This document shows, piece by piece, positions 46,499 to 55,802 of a stretch of 64,000 nucleotides of DNA; position 1 is the first letter of the stretch, and every line of letters starts with the position of its first letter. The position numbers and the translations under genes are program-made. The stretch comes from Pontiella sp. (GTDB lineage Bacteria; Verrucomicrobiota; Kiritimatiellia; Kiritimatiellales; Pontiellaceae): contig JBNKHE010000001.1 of the NCBI GenBank assembly GCA_050290185.1, positions 578,713 through 642,712 of the forward strand, given 5' to 3'. The notes below the pieces were generated by a model. That model was not told the origin of the DNA, made no database searches, and saw only the letters and a list, made by a program, of their open reading frames with translations.

Positions 46499-48730
46499 CT
46501 ATTTCCCTTGAAGCAGGCGCTCTGCTTCCTGCTGAAGGAGGTAGGCAATAATCCAGTCGTACCAGAACCCGGAAGGGTTGCTGCCCAAATACTTGATTTT
46601 ACCCAACCCATCGGGAAATTTCTGCTCAACGAGTGCATGGCCCACCGCAAACTCGGAACGAGCTTTGTCGGGCAGGTGAAGACGGCTGTAGGCCATCGCC
46701 TGAATGAGGTGGCACAGCGCAATGCGTGTTGGCGAGGAATCCCGGTATTCCAGACATTGTTTCGACAAGTCAATCGCACGGGCGAATTCCCCCATGCGAT
46801 ACTCGTACAGGGACAGCGACAAAACCCGCCACGCAATGTAACCATCCTGATCCCCTATCAATGTGTCAGCAGGGATCGACGTCCTCACCACATCGGCCAA
46901 TGGCTGCAGGGAATCCATCGTATACTCGTCCGCAGGAACGATCAGACTGAGCTTGATCAACTGCTCAGCGGCGATGGGATTTTGGGTATGGGCAAAGTGC
47001 GAAAGTGTCCGCGTAATCAAGTGGCGGTAGTTTTCCAGATCGCCGACCACCACCAACGGAGGTCCCACCCGTAGCAAGTCCCGAGTGGCATTGTCGGTCA
47101 TATCAGACTTGTCCACCTGCATGGCCTGGGAAAGCTTTAAAAACCGGTCCGCCGCCTCGGGCCACCGGCCCTGGTCAATATTCCAATTCCCCAGCTGATT
47201 GAACACATCGGTGGCCTCGAGGGAGGGCTTGATGACCGGCACCGGACTCTCGCCGACCAATTGATCGGCCTCTTCGGGCTGACCGTGCCGCAACAACACC
47301 GCCGCCTGGGTAATCTTTTCCCGCACCTCGGCTTCCGCCCTCAGGCGGGACTCGCTTTGACGGGCCTCGCGCTCCTTGACAAATAACCAGCTGGAGGTGC
47401 CGAATCCCGCAAGCAGGGTCAAGCTGATGGCCGCCATGGAGGCGAAAACCCCTTTGTTGCGACGCACCAACTTCCCAAATCGGTAGGTCCGGCTCGGTGG
47501 ACGGGCCTTGATCGGTTCATGGTTGAGATGGTGCAACACATCCTCCGCCAAGCCATCGACAGTATTGTAGCGCCGATCCCGATCCTTTTCCAATGCCTTC
47601 ATCACGATCCAGTCGAGGTCACCGCTCAATACCGTGTTGAGCCACCGCAGATCAACGTTTCGGCAACGAAGTGTTTTGTCCAGTTCTTCCGCGCTTAACG
47701 ACTGGAGCTTGACCGATGGCCTTGGAGGTTCCCGCTCACGCAGGATTTTAAGCATTTCAGCGAGACCGGATTTGAGCAGTTCCTTGTGCTCAAAGGGAGG
47801 CTTCCCGACCAGCAACTCGTACAACAGGATGCCCAGGCTGTATACGTCGCTGCGCATGTCCACATCCACGCCACCCAACCCCGCCTGCTCCGGACTCATG
47901 TACGCGGGAGTGCCGACAAACTGTTCGCAGACCGTCTCCTCCATCCGGTCGCCATTCAGTTCCTCACCAATGGCCTTGGCGACGCCAAAATCGATTACCT
48001 TCGGTACGGGCACGTCGTCGAGCATGGTAATCAGGATATTCGAAGGTTTGATGTCGCGGTGGATGATGCCCTTTTGATGCGCATGCTGGATGGCATGGCA
48101 CACCTGGAGAAACAGCTCCTCCCTCTGGCGGACGTTCAGACCCTTTTCATCGCAGTAATCCGTGATCTGCGTGCCATGCACCAGCTCCATCACAAAGAAC
48201 GGGAGTCCTTCGTCCGTTGCGCCGGCATCCAGCACATGGGCAATGTTCGGATGCTCCATGATGGCCAGCAATTGGCGTTCGCCCTCGAACCGCTCGATCA
48301 CCTGCTTGGTATCCGTACCCAGGCGGAGAACCTTCAGGGCAACCTGCCTTCGAACAGGGCGCTCCTGCTCGGCCAGATAGACGTTGCCGCCGCCTCCTTC
48401 CCCGATTTTACGAATCAATCGGTAGGGCCCGATGCATTGGCCCAATTCCCTTTCCCGGGGAGCGACCGAATGGGCCGCGTCCCTGAACGAAGGATCGTCC
48501 GATAGCGACTTCGTCATTTCCTCAACCGAGATCCGGGTTGGACACCCAGACTCGAAGAGCTCTTCCGCTCCCGAATGGGCACCGAGCAACTCCCGGACGG
48601 CCGCATATAATTCGTTATTTCCCGCGCAGGAATCTTCAACATAGCCTTCCCGCTTGTCGCCGGGTTCGATTTCCAGCGCATTGCAGAAAATCTCCCCAGC
48701 CTGATCCATGATGTGGCTATCGTTTTTCAT
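46499..48730 (-). CDS. Membrane-anchored Hanks-type Ser/Thr protein kinase with helical C-terminal region
   Basis: GEGGGG, VALK, HRDIKPSN, DFG, GTPAYMSPEQ, one TM segment after RRNK. Confidence 0.95.
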   Translation of the reverse strand: MKNDSHIMDQAGEIFCNALEIEPGDKREGYVEDSCAGNNELYAAVRELLGAHSGAEELFESGCPTRISVEEMTKSLSDDPSFRDAAHSVAPRERELGQCIGPYRLIRKIGEGGGGNVYLAEQERPVRRQVALKVLRLGTDTKQVIERFEGERQLLAIMEHPNIAHVLDAGATDEGLPFFVMELVHGTQITDYCDEKGLNVRQREELFLQVCHAIQHAHQKGIIHRDIKPSNILITMLDDVPVPKVIDFGVAKAIGEELNGDRMEETVCEQFVGTPAYMSPEQAGLGGVDVDMRSDVYSLGILLYELLVGKPPFEHKELLKSGLAEMLKILREREPPRPSVKLQSLSAEELDKTLRCRNVDLRWLNTVLSGDLDWIVMKALEKDRDRRYNTVDGLAEDVLHHLNHEPIKARPPSRTYRFGKLVRRNKGVFASMAAISLTLLAGFGTSSWLFVKEREARQSESRLRAEAEVREKITQAAVLLRHGQPEEADQLVGESPVPVIKPSLEATDVFNQLGNWNIDQGRWPEAADRFLKLSQAMQVDKSDMTDNATRDLLRVGPPLVVVGDLENYRHLITRTLSHFAHTQNPIAAEQLIKLSLIVPADEYTMDSLQPLADVVRTSIPADTLIGDQDGYIAWRVLSLSLYEYRMGEFARAIDLSKQCLEYRDSSPTRIALCHLIQAMAYSRLHLPDKARSEFAVGHALVEQKFPDGLGKIKYLGSNPSGFWYDWIIAYLLQQEAERLLQGK

Positions 48731-48737
48731 GGAAGAG

Positions 48738-49301
48738 TCACAACTGCTTGCTGATCGCATTGAACAACCACGCCTTCGCCGCAAGCCAGCGCCGGTCCAC
48801 CGAACGCTCGCTCATGCCCAGCGCTTCCGCAACTTCATGATTGGTCATGCCGCCGAAATATTTCATCACCGCGATGCGCGCCCACTCGGGACTCACCTGC
48901 TCCAACTGCTCCAAGGCGTCGTCCACCATCAAGGTAGTCTCGTCCGCCTCTGCCGCCGCCAGGTCCAGCACGTCGATATCGATTCGCTCCTGTCCGCCCC
49001 CATGCTTCAATCGCGATTTACGCCGGGCATGTTCCACCAGGATTCGCCGCATTGCCGTGGCCGCCGATGAAAAAAAGTAGGCCCGGTTGTGCCAGGTTCG
49101 ATCCTCATCGGCTACCATCCGAAGCCAAGCCTCGTTTACCAGCGCCGTGGGAACAAGGGTATGATTCGCCGGCTCCCTCGCCATGTGCGATTTGGCGAGC
49201 TTGTACAGCTCGTCGTACACTAGGGTCAGCAACTTATTGGATCGTTGACCGTCCCCCAGCTTGACCGATTCAAGTATCTGTGTGATTTCGCTCATGGGCA
49301 T
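48738..49301 (-). CDS. ECF sigma factor, TIGR02999/kinase-associated type
   Basis: LVYDELYKLA, HTLVPTALVNEAWLR, AMRRILVEHAR, EVAEALGMSERSV.R.W..AKAWL. Confidence 0.93.
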   Translation of the reverse strand: MPMSEITQILESVKLGDGQRSNKLLTLVYDELYKLAKSHMAREPANHTLVPTALVNEAWLRMVADEDRTWHNRAYFFSSAATAMRRILVEHARRKSRLKHGGGQERIDIDVLDLAAAEADETTLMVDDALEQLEQVSPEWARIAVMKYFGGMTNHEVAEALGMSERSVDRRWLAAKAWLFNAISKQL

Positions 49302-49419
49302 AATTCAATAAATGCTGGAACGACTAGTCCAGGCACCTCTGTGACAAAACCCGACTTCCAACCAATACATGATAGTCCTCCAACGAATCGCGTTTGTCGA
49401 ACATTTTAGGAATGATGGC

Positions 49420-50475
49420 TTATTCCTTCACCTCGCCTTGGTCGCCGTCGAGGTCGAGGCGTTCGCGGACGATTTCGAGATGATCGCCGCAATCCTTCAT
49501 TTCATACAGCTTGCCCTGTGCGTTGCGAAATGGACGGTGCAAAACCATCATCAACTGCCCATCGAATCGATGGAACAACATGCCATGACCGGAATCTCCC
49601 TTGACCAGTGGAGCGAGCTGTTCCCAAGGCCCCTGCAGCCTTCCCGATGCGGAGCGGGCACAGGTCTGTACGTAGGAGCCGTTTTCATAACTCGACCACA
49701 GCATCAGTAAATGGTTGTCCTTGGTACGATACAGTTCCGGCCCATCGGTGACATAATGCAGATCGAAGTTCTCCGGCTTGATCGTGGCATTCAACCACGG
49801 TGCGTCGGAGGCCTTGAAGAGGTGGATCGGATCGCTGGCGGCTTTTGAAAGATCCTCGTTCAAGGGGATTGCCTCTATCGTTCCATCGATCTTCTGAATC
49901 CATTCGTGGGCATAGACCATCCATGGCTGGCCGTCGGGATCGACGTAGAGTGTGCCGTCGAGCGTCATGAAGTTTGACGGCGTCGCGGCGGCATCGGGAT
50001 TGAGCATGGTAAACAGACCATCGGGCGAATCCGCCACCGCAACGATGGTACCGCGCACATAATTCGTTTTCCACGAATCCGGCGGCGCCGACAAGACACG
50101 CGCCTCATTATGAAGCGTTGTAAACAGATAGTATCGGCCCTTGTATTCATGCACTTCCGGTGCCCAGCCGCCCTGCTGCGCAAAGGCATCGCCAGGGACG
50201 ATGAACACCGCCTTCGGCTTTTCCCAGTTCAGCAGATCCTTCGATGTGTAGACCATCGTCCCCACCCCGCACGTACCGGACAGGCGACCACGGTTCGAAG
50301 TATAGAGGTAGTAGGTTCGAGTCGGCTTGTGAGCCAGAATGTAGGGATCGTACAGCGGCATGTCCGGCAGGCGCAGACTATTGCGTCCTGCAGGCACGCT
50401 GTCTTGCGCATGTACCGACAAAGCGGTCAGCACCACCCATAATAACGCGTTTAGTTTCCACGCATATCCCGTCAT
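49420..50475 (-). CDS. Secreted GH43-family glycosidase
   Basis: YDPYI, WAPEV, TLDGTL, VTDGP, GHG five-bladed propeller motifs. Confidence 0.88.
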   Translation of the reverse strand: MTGYAWKLNALLWVVLTALSVHAQDSVPAGRNSLRLPDMPLYDPYILAHKPTRTYYLYTSNRGRLSGTCGVGTMVYTSKDLLNWEKPKAVFIVPGDAFAQQGGWAPEVHEYKGRYYLFTTLHNEARVLSAPPDSWKTNYVRGTIVAVADSPDGLFTMLNPDAAATPSNFMTLDGTLYVDPDGQPWMVYAHEWIQKIDGTIEAIPLNEDLSKAASDPIHLFKASDAPWLNATIKPENFDLHYVTDGPELYRTKDNHLLMLWSSYENGSYVQTCARSASGRLQGPWEQLAPLVKGDSGHGMLFHRFDGQLMMVLHRPFRNAQGKLYEMKDCGDHLEIVRERLDLDGDQGEVKE

Positions 50476-50545
50476 CGTTTCCTCCCGACGGTGCAATTCA
50501 TACTTATTCAGCCTCTGATGACACTGACTCGTGGTGAATGATTTA

Positions 50546-53230
50546 TCAATGCACCGTGACGGTATCCATTAAGCGGATGTCCGCGCTGGAGGCGCCGATT
50601 TGGATTTCAAAGTCGCCGGGGTCGACCGTGTATTTTTGCTGGACGGCGTCGTAGTAGCGCAGGTCGTCTTGCGCATTCAGCTGGAAGGTGACGGTCTTTT
50701 GCTCCCCCTGATCCAGCTCGATGCGCTCAAAGCCGCGCAGCTGCTTGATCGGCATGGGCCGGTTAGACCGCACGTCCCGCACATACAGCTGCACGACCTC
50801 CTCGCCCGCACGGTCTCCCGTATTCGTGACGTCGACGGAAACCGTGAAGGCTCCGCCGGCAGTAATTTCCGACGGGGCAACCTTCAGGTTGGAATACCTG
50901 AACGACGTGTAGCTAAGACCGTATCCAAAAGGATAGAGCGGCTCGCCCTTGAAATAGCGATAGGTTTTACCCTTTCCTCCTGCCATGTTGTAATCGGAGA
51001 AATCGCCCAGATCCTTCGTAGACCTATAGAAGGTGACTGGCAGACGGCCAGCCGGATTGTAGTCGCCGAACAGCACATCCGCCACGGCATCGCCGCCGCG
51101 TTGCCCCGGGTACCAGCCCATGAGGATCGCCGCCAGATCGTCTTCCAGTCCGTCCAAAGCAACCGCACTCCCGGAGAGCTGGACATACACCACCGGCGTA
51201 CCGGTTTTCACCATGCCCCGCAGGGTGTCCAATTGGGTATCCGGCAGTTCAATCAGGGTGCGATCGCCATGATCGAAGCCTTTGGTATCCAAGCTCATTT
51301 CCTCGCCTTCGACATCGGCCGTGAGGCCACCGACAAAGATGGCCGCATCCGCCTGGGCGACCTGCTTCAGCATATTCCGGCTGGTCGTCTCGTCCACATT
51401 CTTCGATTTCGGCAACTCCCAGACAAAATGAATGCCTGCATCATTGCTCCCCTCGAAGTATTCAATGGTGATGTTGTATCGTTGCCCCTTCTTCAGGGCT
51501 GTTTCTGCGGTAAAGGCCTGCATGCCGTGCATCGACCAGCCGTCGGCGATTTTTTTGCCCTCCACATAGAGCCGGCATCCATCGTCCGAAACAATGCCCA
51601 GGGTATAGGTGCCGCTGACGGGCGGAACCAGTTGCCCAGTCCAACGAATGGAAAAGTTGTCCGCCGGAACCTCCTTGTCGGGGGACAGGATACCCTGGGC
51701 GATCGCCGTCGTGGTGGGCGAGGCCTGCCCGAAGTACATTTTGATTTCAGGATCGATCCGCGTGAGGATCGGATCGCCCTGCAACTCCGTTCCCTGGAAA
51801 TACTCCCCTTTCAAGCCATGCACCCGCCGGCCCTTGTGGTCGGTGGTGAACAGGCAGTCCGGATCCACGATGGGAAGGTTTTCATTCCCTACGCCTTCGG
51901 CCAGCGGGCAACCCGGCGCATAGAAGACCGTCACGTCATCGCCGAGAGCCCGCTTGATGCCCTCAAGGAGGGTCACGGGATGGGAGGCGTCGCCGTTGTA
52001 GTTCCCGCGCAACGCCGCAACGCTGTCGGCATTGGGACCAACCATCGCAATGGTTTTAATTTTTTTCTTGTTCAGCGGAAGGATACCGTCGTTTTTCAGC
52101 AGGGTCATCGATTTTCGGGCCATTTTCAGCGCCAGTTCGTCATGTTCAGGACTGTCGACAACGGAGTAAGGAATCGAAGCGTACGGCACCAGTTCCGGCG
52201 GATCAAACATGCCCAGTTTCATCCGGGCCAGCATCAGACGGTACGTTGCCAGCGCGATATCAGCCTCGTTGATCAGTCCCTTTTCAACGGCCTCCATCAT
52301 GGAGCGTTGATAGACACTGCCGCAGTTGAGCTCGCAACCGTTTTTGACCCCAAGGGCGGCGGCCTCGTACGCCTCGTCCACGATCTTGTGGTTGGAATAG
52401 ATGTCCCTGATCGCCCCGCAGTCGGAGACGACATAGCCCTCGAAGCCCCATTGGTTGCGCAGGATATCCTCCAGCAGTATCTCACTGGCTGAAGCCGATG
52501 CGCCGTTCACCCGGTTGTAGGCACCCATCACCGAATAGACGCTGGCATCCACCACCAAATCACGGAACGCAGGCAAATAGGTTTCCCAAAGGTCCCGTTC
52601 GGTTGGTTCGGCATTGAAATGGTGGCGATCCTTTTCCGGCCCGTTGTGCACGGCATAGTGCTTGGCCGTAGCAACGAGCTTGAGATATTTGGGATCTTCA
52701 CCCTGCAGTCCTGTCACGAACTGGATGCCCATCTGGCCGGTCAGATAGGGATCCTCGCCGTAGGTTTCGTGGCCGCGGCCCCAGCGCGGATCGCGGAAAA
52801 TGTTGATATTGGGCGACCAGTACGTCAGACCGTAGTAGCGGCGGTAGTCCTGGTTGCGTTGCGCCTCATTATACTTGGCCCGCGCCTCGTCGCTAATGAC
52901 GCAGGCGACATCGTACATGGTATCGCGGTCGAAGCTGGCCGCCATGCCGATGGCCTGCGGGAAAACCGTGGCAATACCGGCGCGTGCAACACCGTGCAGC
53001 CCCTCGTTCCACCAGTCGTACGGCTTGATACCCAGCCGTTCGATGCCGGGGGCACTATTGCCCAGTTGAGAAATCATTTCCTCCAGCGACATGCGGCCCA
53101 CCAGATCGGATGCGCGTGTCTCAAAATCCAGCGAGGTATTGTGGTAATCCGGAATCTCCGTTTGAGCCTGTACATACCCCGGAAACAAAACGACGCATGC
53201 AACCACCATGCTCCATACTTCTTTCATCAT
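50546..53230 (-). CDS. Secreted GH3 beta-xylosidase/glucosidase with PA14 and Fn3-like domains
   Basis: WWNEGLHG, WSPNINIFRDPRWGRG, AKHYA, VVSDCGAI, EGEE, YPFGYGLSYT. Confidence 0.95.
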   Translation of the reverse strand: MMKEVWSMVVACVVLFPGYVQAQTEIPDYHNTSLDFETRASDLVGRMSLEEMISQLGNSAPGIERLGIKPYDWWNEGLHGVARAGIATVFPQAIGMAASFDRDTMYDVACVISDEARAKYNEAQRNQDYRRYYGLTYWSPNINIFRDPRWGRGHETYGEDPYLTGQMGIQFVTGLQGEDPKYLKLVATAKHYAVHNGPEKDRHHFNAEPTERDLWETYLPAFRDLVVDASVYSVMGAYNRVNGASASASEILLEDILRNQWGFEGYVVSDCGAIRDIYSNHKIVDEAYEAAALGVKNGCELNCGSVYQRSMMEAVEKGLINEADIALATYRLMLARMKLGMFDPPELVPYASIPYSVVDSPEHDELALKMARKSMTLLKNDGILPLNKKKIKTIAMVGPNADSVAALRGNYNGDASHPVTLLEGIKRALGDDVTVFYAPGCPLAEGVGNENLPIVDPDCLFTTDHKGRRVHGLKGEYFQGTELQGDPILTRIDPEIKMYFGQASPTTTAIAQGILSPDKEVPADNFSIRWTGQLVPPVSGTYTLGIVSDDGCRLYVEGKKIADGWSMHGMQAFTAETALKKGQRYNITIEYFEGSNDAGIHFVWELPKSKNVDETTSRNMLKQVAQADAAIFVGGLTADVEGEEMSLDTKGFDHGDRTLIELPDTQLDTLRGMVKTGTPVVYVQLSGSAVALDGLEDDLAAILMGWYPGQRGGDAVADVLFGDYNPAGRLPVTFYRSTKDLGDFSDYNMAGGKGKTYRYFKGEPLYPFGYGLSYTSFRYSNLKVAPSEITAGGAFTVSVDVTNTGDRAGEEVVQLYVRDVRSNRPMPIKQLRGFERIELDQGEQKTVTFQLNAQDDLRYYDAVQQKYTVDPGDFEIQIGASSADIRLMDTVTVH

Positions 53231-53297
53231 TTCCCCCGTCTGCTCATCTGATGACTGCCAGTCGCTCAATCATCTTACACAGCATGTTTCCATTGCG

Positions 53298-54353
53298 TTA
53301 ATAGCCCGCTAAGCCCCAGTGTTCCGCCAACCGGTCGGCTTCCTTTTTCGTAAGCGGGATCACTGCACCGTGCTTGGGCGAGGTAAAATTGGTCGCCTTC
53401 ATCACGCCGTCATTGAAATAGCCAAGTTGGGTAAAAGTCTTGAAGTCCGTGGTTTCACTGAAGCCCATGTTGCTGGGCTTCAGACCGTACACGTCGTACA
53501 TGAGCACCCATTTGTCCTCGCCGATTCGCTTCCAGACCGTGGGTGCCTCGCATCCGGGGCTATTCGGGGCCACCCTAGCCGCATCGTAAACGTATCCGCG
53601 ATTGATGTGATCGGATACGGCCTGCTTGATGCCTCCGCCGGATTTCTGAGCCTTGTAGATCAAGTGATATTTGTTGCCGACCTTGCAGATGTCGCCGTCA
53701 AGGATCTGGACCTCGGGGCGCGGATATTGGAAAAGCACTTCGGGAACCGTCTCCAACTTCGTAAACGCATCGTCGGTGTAGCTATAATAAAGGCCGGTCT
53801 TGCCGTGATCGAAGCGCATGGTGAAATAAAGCATCATCTTGCCCTTTTCCGGGTCGTAGATGGCTTGAGGCGCCCACACGCAGCCAATGTTGGCCAGGCC
53901 GGGAAAGGCCTGGTCCACGCGCAGATCGGTGTGCGACCATTCCACGAGGTTGGTGGACTTCATCAGCACCAGGGCGCGGTTGTTGCCCCAGTCATATTTT
54001 TCCACAGGACGCTGCCATCGGGTTTCGCGATACCCCATTTGTTTACCGTAGATATTCAGATCGGTCATTGAAAGATAGAATGCATTGTCAGGGCCGCGTG
54101 TTATGTGGGGGTCGCGTATGCCCTTCTGTTCGGCGAGATCGGAGCCATTCATGACGGGCTTGCCATCGTTTACGTCCGTGAAACTATAGCCATCGGAGCT
54201 GAGCGCGAAATACAGGCTGTGGTCCTTATCCTTGAAATAGACCAGCAGATAGGCCGCCATCTCCTTTTCCGCCGGAACCGATTCCTTTGACACCATGCTG
54301 GAACAACCGCACATCATTGCAGCAATGATCACTGCCATTAATCCTGTCTTCAT
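53298..54353 (-). CDS. GH43-family glycosidase, probable lipoprotein
   Basis: Lipobox-like MCGC, GIRDPHI, VWAPQ, ILDGDI, CEAP, KHG. Confidence 0.87.
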   Translation of the reverse strand: MKTGLMAVIIAAMMCGCSSMVSKESVPAEKEMAAYLLVYFKDKDHSLYFALSSDGYSFTDVNDGKPVMNGSDLAEQKGIRDPHITRGPDNAFYLSMTDLNIYGKQMGYRETRWQRPVEKYDWGNNRALVLMKSTNLVEWSHTDLRVDQAFPGLANIGCVWAPQAIYDPEKGKMMLYFTMRFDHGKTGLYYSYTDDAFTKLETVPEVLFQYPRPEVQILDGDICKVGNKYHLIYKAQKSGGGIKQAVSDHINRGYVYDAARVAPNSPGCEAPTVWKRIGEDKWVLMYDVYGLKPSNMGFSETTDFKTFTQLGYFNDGVMKATNFTSPKHGAVIPLTKKEADRLAEHWGLAGY

Positions 54354-54382
54354 ATTCGCCCCTTTTCCCATAGCCCTACCTC

Positions 54383-54589
54383 CTAACGCCTGAACAAATT
54401 GGTCAACACCGTCAACACCACGCTGATCAGGATCATCGAGGTGATCGGAATGAACACCTTGCTGTGTTCATTCTCGATCCGGATGTCGCCGGGCAACCGC
54501 CCGAACCAGTTCAGCAACCACGGTGCAAACTGCAGCACCAAACCGATCGCTACGATCACCAAACCAACAATTATGATTAAGCGCGCCAT
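54383..54589 (-). CDS. Small membrane protein (DUF2905-like)
   Basis: FGRLPGDIRIE..F.PITSMILISVVL. Confidence 0.85.
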   Translation of the reverse strand: MARLIIIVGLVIVAIGLVLQFAPWLLNWFGRLPGDIRIENEHSKVFIPITSMILISVVLTVLTNLFRR

Positions 54590-54687
54590 TGCAGATTCCT
54601 GTTTCATCAAAGCTAAAATTCAGAATGAAACTCATTCCTTTTGGAGGGACGCTGTCCCTCCAGTGGTAGCGCATGCTTAAAAACTCG

Positions 54688-55785
54688 TTAGTATTCCAAC
54701 GTATAACGCCCGTCGTCCACGGGCAGGCCAAAGTTCGGTGTACCGTCCTCGTTCCACTTCAATTCCTGGGCGCGGGTGGCGCGGTCGGGATTGTGGAGCG
54801 GATCGCCCTCCAGCCCCTCTATGTCAACATCATCAGGATTGTCATTGAGCCTTGCAAGTTCATCTGAATTAAGCGGTATTTTTTCATAGTCGCGGGCGTG
54901 ATAGACAACAATCACCTTCTTCCCGTCGGGCGTGGTGGTAAAGCAGTTGTGCCCCGGTCCGTAGACATCGTTTTCAGGGTAGCTCTTCATGACCGGGTCC
55001 TTTGATTTGGTCCACGATTTAACATCGAGCAGATTGGCATCATCATCGGCCGTTAGCATACCCAGGCAATAGTTGGCATCGGTGGCACTGGCCGAATAGG
55101 TCAGGAACACTTTACCGTGGCTGACCAGCACCGCCGGCGCTTCGTTGACCCGGTAGCCACGGGTTTCCCACTCAAAGTCGGGATAGGTGAGCATTACCGG
55201 ATCGCCGATGATCGAGGAGGGCGTATCCATCTCTGCAATGTAGATGTTGGTGCCGTCGTAGGGCGCATTTCCGCGCTGCGTCCAAACGAAGTAGCGTTTG
55301 CCTTTATGCGCGAAGGTGGTGCCATCGAGCGCGAAGGATTCCCACGCCAGATTGATCCGCCCCTTTTCCTCCCAGTCGCCCGTCAGCGGATTCTGATCAT
55401 CGCATTCCAGTACCCAGGGGCGGATCTCCCAAATGCTCTCGGCGGGTGCAGAGGTAAAATAGACATACCACTTGCCGTCAATGTTGTGGATTTCCGGTGC
55501 CCAGATGTGCGCCCCCATTGCACCTGCGTCATGCTTCTTCCAGATGGTTTTTTTCTGTCCGCTGGACAGCCCACCAATCGTCCTTGCGCGACGAAGTTCA
55601 ATGCGGTCGTATTCCGGCACAGTGGCGACCATGTAGTAGTAGCCATCGGTATGAAGGAACACGTGCGGGTCGGCGCGCTCCCGGACAATGGGATTCTTCC
55701 AGCTCATGGTTCTGGCATGACAAAGTGATGCTCCCGTCAGGACTGCCGCGAAAACGACAGTTGATATTGCGAGTTGTTTTTTCAT
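54688..55785 (-). CDS. Secreted GH43 alpha-L-arabinofuranosidase (GH43_26-like)
   Basis: RADPHV, HIWAPEIH, FALDGT, VNEAP, GPGHN, YHARDY. Confidence 0.92.
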   Translation of the reverse strand: MKKQLAISTVVFAAVLTGASLCHARTMSWKNPIVRERADPHVFLHTDGYYYMVATVPEYDRIELRRARTIGGLSSGQKKTIWKKHDAGAMGAHIWAPEIHNIDGKWYVYFTSAPAESIWEIRPWVLECDDQNPLTGDWEEKGRINLAWESFALDGTTFAHKGKRYFVWTQRGNAPYDGTNIYIAEMDTPSSIIGDPVMLTYPDFEWETRGYRVNEAPAVLVSHGKVFLTYSASATDANYCLGMLTADDDANLLDVKSWTKSKDPVMKSYPENDVYGPGHNCFTTTPDGKKVIVVYHARDYEKIPLNSDELARLNDNPDDVDIEGLEGDPLHNPDRATRAQELKWNEDGTPNFGLPVDDGRYTLEY

Positions 55786-55802
55786 GGCCTGCTCCTTGCG
55801 TT

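Noticed and set aside
50600..52492. 630-aa plus-strand ORF
   Set aside because: Antisense shadow of GH3; the same applies to 38228-39532, 8849-9874, 55497-56657 and 13196-14281
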